Below the pieces are notes generated by a model. It was not told the DNA's origin. It made no database searches and worked only from the letters and a program-made list of their open reading frames with translations. The position numbers and the translations under genes are program-made. A stretch of DNA of 63,992 bases, filler included, from Neoconidiobolus thromboides FSU 785 (Eukaryota; Fungi; Entomophthoromycota), in assembly GCA_025603075.1 (NCBI GenBank). It is 5 parts of 5 records of this genome, joined end to end, with 100 filler letters (N's around TTAATTAATTAA, not from the genome) between each part and the next. Parts side by side here need not be neighbours in the genome. Positions count along the whole stretch, not along the records: positions 22,946 to 54,478 come from MU626479.1; positions 54,579 to 62,621 come from MU626691.1; positions 62,722 to 63,992 come from MU627004.1; 2 more parts are not named here. One strand, 5' to 3'. Shown here piece after piece: positions 53,749 through 63,992 of the stretch (positions within the stretch are counted from its first letter, which is position 1; each line of letters starts with the position of its first letter).

Positions 53749-53848
53749 ATGAGGGTGTTTTTTTAGTTTCATTATTTTTTCTGTTTTTTAAGTGCAATTT
53801 GAGAGAAAAAATTAATAGTAAAATTAATAAACAAAAAACACTTCCAAT
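53749..53848 (-). mobile_element. MITE-like family A copy with an identifiable empty site
   Basis: AT[GAGGGTGTTTTTT...AAAAAACACTTCCA]AT; absent from the paralogous promoter at about 23576. Confidence 0.85.
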
Positions 53849-54194
53849 ATAGTCTATAAATTAGAGACAAATTAAAATTTCAAATATAAGCATTGTTTAT
53901 ATATTTTGAAAGTTCTTTTATTTATACTAAATAAATATATCTGTCCTGTATATCCTTGTATTTTATATTAATTATAATTAAACGCGAGGTTTATTATTTT
54001 TACTCATTTAGTGAATTAGCCTATTTTTTTAATCTTACACACTTTGCTTGCCAGAATATCTAGCTGTCCTCTAAAAATAAATTTCCTGTTTATTCAAAAT
54101 CCATCTAAATTAAGTAATTGCTCTTCAGAACTTGATTAGATTATAAATACCCTTGCTTTATTGTTTTTTTCTAATTTTTATTCATTATTAAAAA

Positions 54195-54478
54195 ATGACT
54201 TCCGGTGAAAAAAGCTACGTTGATGACGCCTTTATGAGTGAAAAGGATGATGCATACATCAATGAAAAGGATGACACTAGATATCAAATTCAAAATATTA
54301 ATGATCGTGACGTTCCAGAAGATATAGTAGATTATCAATTCACATTCCGTTCTATTGCTGTTGGTACTCTTTTAGGCTGTATCCTTGGTGCAAGTAATAT
54401 ATATATGGGTTTAAAAGCTGGATGGCAATTTTTAGGATCTTTCTTTGGTTCAATTGCTGGTTTTGGTATTGTTCAATT
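54195..54478 (+). CDS. OPT-superfamily transporter, 5' fragment (copy 2)
   Basis: Identical to the reverse complement of 22946-23229; ends at the same base at a gap. Confidence 0.8.
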
Positions 54479-54578
54479 NNNNNNNNNNNNNNNNNNNNNN
54501 NNNNNNNNNNNNNNNNNNNNNNTTAATTAATTAANNNNNNNNNNNNNNNNNNNNNNNNNNNNNNNNNNNNNNNNNNNN
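54479..54578. other. Artificial contig-join spacer
   Basis: N44-TTAATTAATTAA-N44. Confidence 0.95.
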
Positions 54579-54929
54579 TGTTTTACATTCATATTATAAA
54601 TGAATCCTTTTTTACAAATATTAAGCTGCATTTCTAAGCTGTTAATTTCTTACAACTTATTCAATATACATCTATAAAATAAAGTATAACATTCGGTCAT
54701 ATTCTTTTCTTTTTCCTAAAAGTCATTAACCCTAAGTATTTTATTTACAATAAAAATTGTGATGCTTAAATAGCTGATATAAGAGATGCTGTCTATCAAT
54801 GGATAGCTTCTGAAATAGTAGGAAGTGTGTTCATGATTATTACACATTATATGAGTAAAAAGTGAAGGGAAGACTATATCAATCTTGTATGAGAATGCTA
54901 TGCATTAAATTGTGAAGAATATGAGATCA

Positions 54930-55033
54930 ATATGGGAATGTTTCTTTTGACTTCATTATTTTTCCATTTTTTAAGCGTTATTTAAGCGGAAAATTTGTTA
55001 GTAAAATTGTTAAACAAAAAAATACATCTCCAT
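54930..55033 (-). mobile_element. MITE-like family A copy
   Basis: ATATGGGAATGTTTCTTTTGACTTCATT...AAAAAATACATCTCCAT. Confidence 0.85.
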
Positions 55034-55385
55034 TATTGTTTCTCATTTTTATGATTTTTATGACTTTTATAAGCCAATGTTGATCTTTTTCAAATCGCGC
55101 AATTTTATAGAAACATTTAAGAAAATAATTTTAATAAAAACAGTCACAAATTTCTTTTTCCCTTTCAATATTTTATTATTATAACCAGCCTTAAAATAAT
55201 ACATTTAAATTTATTAAGATATAGTTTAATATCCTTAATAAAAGAGTCTTATCCAAAAATGAAGAATAGCATAGCAAATTAAAAAACGGTAACACCTTTT
55301 ATGTACCGTTTTTATCTAATTAAGTGAAATGTTTAATATTTTATTATTTGTCACATTTCTAATGATAGTAGTGCTTTTTTGAACT

Positions 55386-55492
55386 ATATGGGGATGTATT
55401 TTTGTGTTTAAGAATTTTACTAACAAATTTTCCGCTTAAATAGCGCTTAAAAAATGGAAAAAATAATCAAGTCAAAAAAAACACTCCCATAT
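55386..55492 (+). mobile_element. MITE-like family A copy (near consensus)
   Basis: ATATGGGGATGTATTTTTGTGTTTAAGAATTTTACTAACAAATTTTCCGCTTAAATAGCGCTTAAAAAATGGAAAAAATAATCAAGTCAAAAAAAACACTCCCATAT. Confidence 0.9.
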
Positions 55493-55801
55493 TAAAAGAA
55501 AGAAAACAAAAAAAACTGGACCAAAGAAAGATCATGATGAAAACTTAATAGTGCCTCTATGATTTGGGTATTATAAAAATCTCAAAGTAAAAAATGTTTT
55601 TCTTGTAAAGTACTTAGTTGAAGAAGTATTTCTAAATTAAAATATTTCATTGTTTTTTATATTAAAGATCATTTGAATATTCGTTAAGTGGATATATATA
55701 TCTATATGTATACATAGAGAGAGTATAAATAGTTATTTATATGTATATTCAACTACATCTCAATTGAAGCCAGCTATAGATTAGTTAGAAATTAGATTTA
55801 A

Positions 55802-55907
55802 ATATGGGAATGTTTTTTAGTTTTATTATTATTTCCATTTTTTAAGCGCTATTTGAACGAAAGGATTGTTGATAAGATCCCTAAACAAAAGAGTATACTT
55901 TTATATA
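55802..55907 (-). mobile_element. MITE-like family A copy (degenerate end)
   Basis: ATATGGGAATGTTTTTTAG...TTTAAGCGCTATTTGAACG. Confidence 0.75.
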
Positions 55908-57993
55908 TTAAAATATACTTTAATTCACTATTATTGTGGAAATAATCCCAATTACAAGAAAAGTTAAACTTGTTTTTTTATTAGTTTAGTACGCTGTATA
56001 TCCAATATTATGCTGTCAGCGCATATATATTAGGAACAATAATCCCACTACCAAAGAACTCAGTATCGTTACAAATTTAATATTAGATATAAGTCTATAT
56101 ATTAAATAACAATAAGTTACTTAAGTTAAAAATAGTAATTACAAATTACTATAGGAATCTCTTTATTGTTTATTCCTCTCTACTTTTAAGGAGCTTTAAA
56201 TTTAAAAACATTAGATAGCACTAAATTAATTTATAAGACTCATTATAAAAATACTGACATATTATACCTATTCCAGCTCTTTTACGGCTTTTTTCGCAGT
56301 GACTTTTACAATCAACTTAACTCTATGGTTAATTTTTGAACCCTGGTCTAATCTTTAACTGAAATTTTATTGTAAAGTTAATTTTTAAATGGGTAATTAA
56401 TTGAATCACCAAAGAGTTGGAATATATGTAATAAAAAATACTATAACATTTTGTCCGTAATTTTATCTCAAGTTTAAACCTGTTCAAAAATCCCAAAAGT
56501 CGGTAATAGGAAAAAAGATCTTAAAAATTAAGTTATTCTCTTCAGTTTATTGTTTTATTGTTTTAGTGTGCCACTATTAGTAAACAGAAAATTTCGAATT
56601 ATTGTTTAGACTTTTTTATTATAGTGATGTGTAATAGAAGATCCATTTTATACACTATTGGAGTCAGATACTACTTTGGTTAAGACAATAATTCTAATAA
56701 TACATATCTAGAATTTTGTTTCGTTTACCTCAGTAAGCAAAGCTAAACCTAATAGCAAATGCTTTCATTATTTGTAATAATATTACCAATAAAACCTATA
56801 AATTATTATTATTATTATTCTTTGTATTTGTTTCCTCTCGATTTTAATTATTTTAAGCTGCATAATGAAAATTATCATGAGCATATTGGAATTTAAATTA
56901 ATGCGTCGATGTAATATAGATTTGAAATGTAAATTAAGGTTATTGTGATAGCAAGAAAAATGATAATAATACAAAATTACTATGTATGTAAAGTAGTAAA
57001 AATTAAATGTACATTTTGTAACTTAATCATAAAATTATTTTAAAATCTTAACTTAAATCAAATAATAATAGTGGCACTATAAGATAATCAAATGTAACAA
57101 TAGTGATGTTCTATCCAGTATAAGTTATCCATAACCATGTGAAAAAAAAGTCAATTTATAAAAGTCAAATAAAAAAGGTTCCTAATAATAAATTGGACAG
57201 ATTTAATTGGCTGAAAGGACTTTTATTATTCATAGTGTAAAATGATAGTAATACCAAGAATCCTAAAATTCCTAGGCTTTCATTGGAGGAGTATCGAAAT
57301 TACCCCAATAAAATAGGACAATTTATAAATTTGTAAAATAAAGTCTTGTTTTGAAATGGGGGAATGGAGAATTATTTGTTAAAACTTAAAATAGAAATTG
57401 AATAATAAATGAAATTAAAGGGGATTTATTAACATTTCAAGTTAATTCAATTTATAAAAGCAGTTTATTATTTTTTTATTTGTAACATCTAAAATAAAAA
57501 TGTTAAAGAATTTGGAATTTTTTTATTTTTGAGTTATACGTTAGATTAAGCATCAACAAAGATGATTGGTGTAAAATGAAAACTATTAACCAAAAATAGT
57601 AATTTAGAGTGATAACCAAATCTTAACTTTTTATAATTAAATAAACAGTGGATTTTTTATCAAAAAATATTAATTTATTGGTCTTAAATTTATTTAATTT
57701 GTATTTATTCTTTTCTTTTTTACATTTTAGTTTTATCTTTACTGTCAATTTTAAACTACTCTCTTTCACTCTTTATTTACATTTCTACAATTGGATAACC
57801 AACCACCGACATATACACACCATACACGCCTTACGATCACATCCACCTTATATTAGAGTTTTTCCTTATTGTAAATAGATTGCTATCCAACCAACGATAA
57901 TAACGATAATAAGCGACTTAATTAATTAAATAGAAAAGGAGAAGACAAATAATACACATATAACCTTCAAGTGGAGATATATATTAAAAACTA

Positions 57994-60720
57994 ATGATGT
58001 CAAGCTCAAAAAATCCAACTATGTCAAGACCTAAGTTTCCACCTTTATTTAGTAAGCCACTCCCCACTCCGCCTTCTAAAAAATCGCAAATTTTAGAACC
58101 GGATAATTCTTTAGACCCAGCTAGACAACGTATCAATAATATGATGGTAGAAGCAGTCGAGTTGGCTAATAAAGCCTTAAAATTGGAAAAAGAAAGCAAC
58201 TGGGAAGAAGCGCTTACAGGCTATAGTGAAGTATGTAGCTTTTTTAAGAAAATGATGGAGAATGCAGATTCTAATGACTTACAAGAGTTATTATTTGTGG
58301 TACGTTAATAATACTAGCATTCATTAATTCACTATTAATTTGTTTTTTATTTTAGCACCATAAATATTCTAGAAGACTAGTATTTATAAGAACCAAAGTT
58401 TCAGAAATGAAAAAAAAGGAAAACAAGGAAACAAAAGCATTAAATAGTACTACTTTATCCAAAAAGAAATTGAATCAAGTCACGCCTATCAATACTAATA
58501 TTTCTTATGAATATAATAGGAACGATTATGATACTACCCAATCTGGCGTATCTCTATCTCCAATTAAGACTGGTAATTCTGCTCGCTCATTAAGCGATTC
58601 TAAGATTACACCTATAACATCAATAATGAAGCATAATGCCAATATGAATAACAATAGTTACAGCATGAATACCAGTTTAAATTCAGCCTTTAACGTTTAT
58701 GAAACTTCCCCAGTAAATTATTTTTCAAAGAACAATAATATGCGAAAGACAATAATAAAGAAGAGCTCACTGCCATCCATAACAGAAAACTACCATAAAT
58801 TAAATAGCAATATCACCAGTACTAATAATACTAATTTATATACATGGAATGAAACAAATCAATATTTGAATTCACAGAGAAAGTCATATGACGTTAACAT
58901 TGAAAGAAACACTACAGCTTTAGATAATGTAAATGAACTACGAAGAAATATTGATTTAATTTCAATACCTGAAACTGAGGAAAACAGTAGTATGACAAAT
59001 AATCTTATTACTAAGGAAAAAGAAATAAAAGGATCAGCAGGTAGATTGTTAAAACAACGATTAGCTCATATGCCATCTTTGCCAGAATTATCAAAAACAA
59101 AAACAAAAACGAATACTTCAATTATTGCAAAATCATTAGATAACAACAATTACTATTTAAATAATAACTGCCAAGATAACGATAACGATAACGATAACGA
59201 TTCATGGCGGGAATCATGTACTTTGCCAACAAATTTCGACATAAACAAAGAGATGGAGATGATTAAATCTAATCACAAAAATTATATTTTTGCAACTGCC
59301 AAACCAAGATTAAATGGAAATAGAAAACCATCCGTTGATAAATATATTGAAAAAATGGAAAGTTTAAGTCTACTATCACCTTCATCACCTTCATCACCTT
59401 CAATCAAAAAGAAGTTTATTTTCAATAGTAACAGTAGCCAGCAATCTGCTACCAGCAGTTTAAATAATTTAAGTCATTTGAATAATTCTTCTTCTAGTTT
59501 AAATAGTGGTAATTATGATAACAGGATATTTTCATATAATTTTAACTTTATTTTATTCATTTAGATCATTACTCAACTTCTTCTTATTCACCATGTCCAT
59601 CTCCAATGATTCGTTCTTATACAGCACCAGAGAATGCTCCATTACTTCTCAATAATGAAATTGGGGTTACTAATCATCAAAAAAGCAATAGCCAAGAAAT
59701 TAGCTGCAATAAGTATAACCTATCTGTGCACCAAATTATATGGAATGAAGAAATCAAATCAAAACAAGTAAAGTTAATAATGTCACCAAGAAGAGCAACA
59801 TTAATTAACATTTAATTACTTTAGCCTTGGATACCAGCACCAAGTAACTCAGTGTTAAAAATCTTTTGGAAAATGAAGTGTTTAAAAAATTCGATGGAAG
59901 CTGGAAGTTACATAGGGTCCAAAAGGATATATATACATCCGATGATTTGGTAATAATTAAAAATGTATTAAATAGAATAATAAAATTAACATATAATAAA
60001 ATAGGAACCAAAATGGAATAAGAGTATCTTATTTAGACTTAAAGATGGAGAAACTAGAAATCTTGAGTTTGATATTTGCGAGAATACAAGAACATTGGAA
60101 AGAAGATGTATTAGGAATCCAAGCTTCCTTTGAAGAACTAGAATCAATTATTAATGAAATTCAAGATTTATTCTCAACTAAGTTTGATTATATTCCTAAA
60201 GTTAAGAAAACTCAAGTAAGTATTTATTATAATAGCCATTATGTCATTACTTATTTTTTTTTATAGAAAATTGCAACAGTGGCTCTCATGTCAATTGCTA
60301 ATAAAATATCGAAATCTGTAGATCGTATTCAAGCTACCTATACAAAAGAAAAACAGTAAGTTTTAGGTTCTAAGTTATATTTGAATTAAATAATAATCAC
60401 TTTTAATTAGAGAAGAATCTAATGAATATACAAATTTGATGATTAAATTTTTTGAATCGAGTGAATTTTTAGGTAAATTTAGATAATAACAAGTAAATTA
60501 TATAGAATACTAATATTGATTTAAATTAATAGAGGAATGGTATAACTATTATCATGAAAAGAATAATTTAGAGTCTAACCCATCGATAATAATTATATTA
60601 CAAAAAATTCAACGCATCATTGAATTTCTAGATAGTGTTATTGTACGATTGATTAGCGAGGATTTATCTTTGTATTTGACTAAATATTTCAAAAGAACCC
60701 AGTTTTTGATTGGTGATTAA
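57994..60720 (+). CDS. MIT-domain protein with long low-complexity linker and conserved-looking helical C-terminus, multi-exon
   Basis: AVELANKALKLEKESNWEEALTGYSEVC (MIT-like helices); downstream exons PWIPAPSNSVLKIFWKMKCL..GSYIGSKRIYIHPMIW and ..LVIVR-like LISEDLSLYLTKYFKR; stop at 60718-60720. Confidence 0.65.
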
Positions 60721-61974
60721 ATTATTAAATAATCTCATCATCTTCTTTATTATCCCCCACTGATATTAAGCTTGTTCTTAACTCGACTTAGTTTACGTCT
60801 CTGTATATAAAATATTTTTATCATTTTACTCTTATATATTTGTTTTACTTTAAATTTATCGGCTTATATTTATGAGGATAATATAAAACTTAAAATTCAT
60901 AATAAGGTTTTAAAGTGTATAACTAAAAGTTGTATAGTCAACTAAAGTTAGGTTTTTGTTTTTTATAAAAATTTAAAAGTCAGTTAAGATGTCCCAGTTT
61001 TTAGTAAAAATACAAAGTGGGTTTTTTATTAGCTTAGGCTTAATATCATTAAAATCCCAAAAAAAGCCCAAAAACTTTCAAGCATAAAAGCATTTTATGA
61101 GGTTTTATAAAAGTAACATAAAATTTCAAGATAAGTTAATTTTAATTTAAGGCTCAACTTTTCTCCGATTACAAGGTAGCCCAGATCAATTCCGAAAAAA
61201 GTGATAATTTTAAAACTCAGCCATTTATTTGATTTTTTTTAAAGTTTGCTGTTTAAAAAAGTTAATTTGCATTGAGATTTATAATCCAAGCTAGAGGATT
61301 ATTTATAAACAAATATGATCTGACACGCTACTACTACTGTTATTATTGCTATAGTATCTCGTCCTTATACCGATAATATTAAAACTGTTTATTAAAAATA
61401 TATTAATATAAAAAACCTTAATTGTATAATTTTAAAATAAGAAAGTTAAAAGTTTAAATTTTAAATTTTTAAATTTTAAATTTCTAGGATAAAAGCATAT
61501 TTACAATTAGAACTATTAGAGTAAATAAAAAACTATGTTTCATTAAAATATTTCAAAAACTATTAACTTTAAATTTGGGCTAGTTTTCACAACATTTTAG
61601 GCCAAATTTTCACTTCAAATAAACAGTTTTTTTCAGAACTGATCTGAACCAACTGTATATTTTATCATCAAGATAAATTAAGCATAAATACTAACAATAA
61701 TAAAAGGCATACTTTTTTAGAGAAACCAAGTAATTTTTTTCGATTGCTAAACTATCTATAAGATACCAAAAACACTGAAAAGATGTTCTGCTCATTTGTA
61801 TTTCTAATTTAGCCTTAAAATCTTTAAGTTCAAACATAAATCAAAACTGAAAGATCATTTCAAATCCTAACTTAGTTTTTAACTAGTCAAATAAAAAAGT
61901 ATGATCCATTCAAACTAAAATAAAGCAGTAAATTTAATATTGAAATTTACTATAATTTATTAATATAAATTACT

Positions 61975-62621
61975 ACAAAGTTACAAAAATACAAAACCAA
62001 GATAATAGTCTTTAAGAGCGAAAGACAGGAAAGGCCCAAGCTTGAACCCTTTCCATGAATTTGAAGAGAGTCTTTGGGATAGTTTACTTTATATCTTAAT
62101 AGGATTATAATAAGTATACTCTTTTATTCTAAAGGAAAAATATATGCCAATACACAACCTAGCACCTCCACCAAACGGGGCCCAAGCTAATCAATCAATT
62201 GATTTATCTCATACATAAGGCGATCGCTTGAAAAACCAATCGGGAATAAACTTTTATTGTTCACTCTAACCTCTTTTACCGTGGTGTAATGTGTAAATAC
62301 TTAAAAGGACATCAGTGTTAGCAGGGATTGTGTAACCATCGACTACAACATCTTTAGACGTTGTTCTGAGTGGAAGATCGGGTACTGATGGATATAATCT
62401 CATAGTTTCTTTCATTACGGCTAATAAATACTCCATTTGTTTAGTTTGTTCAATTGTAGGACATTGAGCATCTTCTACCTTTTGGTTACTATAATTAGTG
62501 ATTCCCATTACATCCATGACTTCTTTACGTAATTTTTCTTGTACATCTTGATGTTGGGCTAAAAAGTGCAATGCAGCAGATAAAGCAAATGCAGTTGTAT
62601 CATGTCCAGCTAATAAGAAAA
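61975..62621 (-). pseudogene. Cytochrome P450 pseudogene, 3' part (5' lost in gap)
   Basis: FLLAGHDTTA, KETMRLYP, heme motif APFGGGARLCIG; but G*SEQ*KFIPDWF (expected GWSEPEKFIPDRF), further stops and a frameshift before the heme motif. Confidence 0.75.
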
Positions 62622-62721
62622 NNNNNNNNNNNNNNNNNNNNNNNNNNNNNNNNNNNNNNNNNNNNTTAATTAATTAANNNNNNNNNNNNNNNNNNNNNNN
62701 NNNNNNNNNNNNNNNNNNNNN
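62622..62721. other. Artificial contig-join spacer
   Basis: N44-TTAATTAATTAA-N44. Confidence 0.95.
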
Positions 62722-62820
62722 GTCTATCTTAGTCACACAATCTAAGACCTTTCAACTTACAGTATAGTCAACCAGGCAATAGCTGTTATTGACTTTAATC
62801 ACTGAGTATCAGATTTTACA
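62722..62820 (+). mobile_element. Family B LTR-like end fragment
   Basis: Aligns with 366-464; ends ..CAGATTTTACA. Confidence 0.7.
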
Positions 62821-63043
62821 GTTATCAGCTATAGCATTGATATTTTTTGATAAATCTAAAAGTTTTGGATTTAGTATAAGTAAAAATTAACGTGATTATT
62901 TTTAAATAATTAGCAATAATAAAATATTAGTATTATAATTTATCGTTAGAAATACAAAAAACTGGAAGTAAGCAAATTAAAATTATTACATAACATCTAC
63001 TTAATAATTTAACTATTTCATTAAAATTTAATAAAAATAATAA

Positions 63044-63760
63044 ATGGGGATGTTTTTTTGATTTCATTACTTTCCCATTTTTTAAGCATTATTTGAGTGG
63101 AAATGTTGTTAGTAAGATTGTTAAACAAAAAAATACATCTCTTAATGTCTATTAGATAATGTATATGGGTATATATTTTTGTATTTAAGAATTCTACTAA
63201 TTTTTCCATTTTTTGAGTGCTGTTTAAGCGGAAAATTTGTTAGTAAAATTCTTAAACACAAAAATACATCACTATATGGGAGTGTTTTTTTTGACTTCAT
63301 TACTTTTTCCATTTTTTAAGCGCTATTTGAGTGGAAAAGCTATTAATGAAATTCTTAAACACAAAAACACATCCCCATATATTAAATAAAAGCAGAAAAT
63401 GATGTATGATAAATATTTTAATAATTTAAAAAATAAAACAGCAATTAAATCAATATTTTTTAAATATATGGGAGTGTTTTTTTGACTTCATTAGTTTTTT
63501 CATTTTTTAAGCGCTATTTAAGTGGAAAATTTCTTAGCAAATTTCTTAAACACAAAAATACATCCCCATATACTAAATAATTTAAAAAACACAGCAAAAA
63601 TACATCCCCATATAGTTAAAAAAAAGTTATTTCGAAATAAAATAAATATAATAACAAAAAACAAAATAAAAATAAAACAAAAATAAAAAATCTTTTAATC
63701 CCTATTTGAGCGGAAAAATTCTTAGTAAAATCCCTAAATACAAAAATACATCCCTATATA
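63044..63760 (-). mobile_element. Cluster of six family A units (63044-63146, chimeric 63163-63277, 63274-63380, 63466-63571, fragments 63596-63613 and 63702-63760)
   Basis: Repeated AAAAATACATCCCCATAT ends and the TTTAAGCGCTATTT core. Confidence 0.85.
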
Positions 63761-63893
63761 GTAAGATAATAAACTTCGCTTACTTCAATTATTTATCTGA
63801 AATATCAAATCATGATTTAGCATATGGGAAAGGCTGCTTGATTGATTTAATATTTAAAAAGTTTTTATTTAAGAAATTTATAAAAATAATATA

Positions 63894-63992
63894 TATGAAA
63901 TCTGATACTCAGTGATTAAAGTCAATAACAGCTATTGCCTGGTTGACTATACTGTAAGTTGAAAGGTCTTAGATTGTGTGACTAAGATAGAC
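63894..63992 (-). mobile_element. Family B LTR-like end fragment, inverted
   Basis: 63898-63992 is the exact reverse complement of 62722-62816. Confidence 0.7.

Noticed and set aside
55975-56075. Decayed S1 protease fragment (FFGSGIIVPNIYALTA*)
   Set aside because: Too short, catalytic His motif not preserved, and another frame reads equally plausibly.
8355-62721. Four TTAATTAATTAA palindromes inside N runs as biological sites
   Set aside because: All have the identical N44-12mer-N44 layout; this is an assembly linker with six-frame stops. The natural-looking TTAATTAATTAA at 57918-57929 is expected by chance in AT-rich DNA.
63044-63760. CRISPR-like array
   Set aside because: Eukaryotic DNA; units are ~100 bp, diverged, with irregular spacers, and the same unit is dispersed across the window.
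1-63992. tRNA, rRNA or snRNA genes
   Set aside because: No cloverleaf, A/B box pair, or U-snRNA/rRNA signature recognised by eye; tRNAscan/Infernal would be needed to exclude them.

Overview
Very AT-rich, intron-rich eukaryotic (fungal) genomic DNA with short GT-AG introns and many poly-Asn tracts. It is a scaffold of five contigs joined by artificial 100-bp spacers (N44-TTAATTAATTAA-N44) at 8355-8454, 22846-22945, 54479-54578 and 62622-62721. Gene content suggests an early-diverging fungus, probably Entomophthoromycotina/Conidiobolus-like (inference only). Recognisable genes: CAF-1 large subunit, V-ATPase d (partial), S1 protease, AFG1 ATPase, queuosine-salvage glycosylase, COA3, a P450, CCT1, complex I NUXM, choline/ethanolamine phosphotransferase, a RING ligase, secreted trehalase, RalGAP-alpha-like protein, glutamyl-tRNA synthetase, two gap-truncated OPT transporter starts, an MIT-domain protein and a P450 pseudogene. 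Unexplained structure: (1) a ~100-bp MITE-like family with at least 22 copies, all intergenic, one with a matching empty site; (2) two TG..CA solo-LTR-like families and two other TIR elements; (3) a pair of orphan genes with Q-rich coil / glycine-zipper / prion-like tail architecture; (4) a secreted acidic-then-Arg/Tyr/His-rich orphan; (5) an S1 protease with a Ser189/Asp226 pocket; (6) a GluRS whose N-terminal-domain exons appear decayed. Exon boundaries were read by eye and are approximate.
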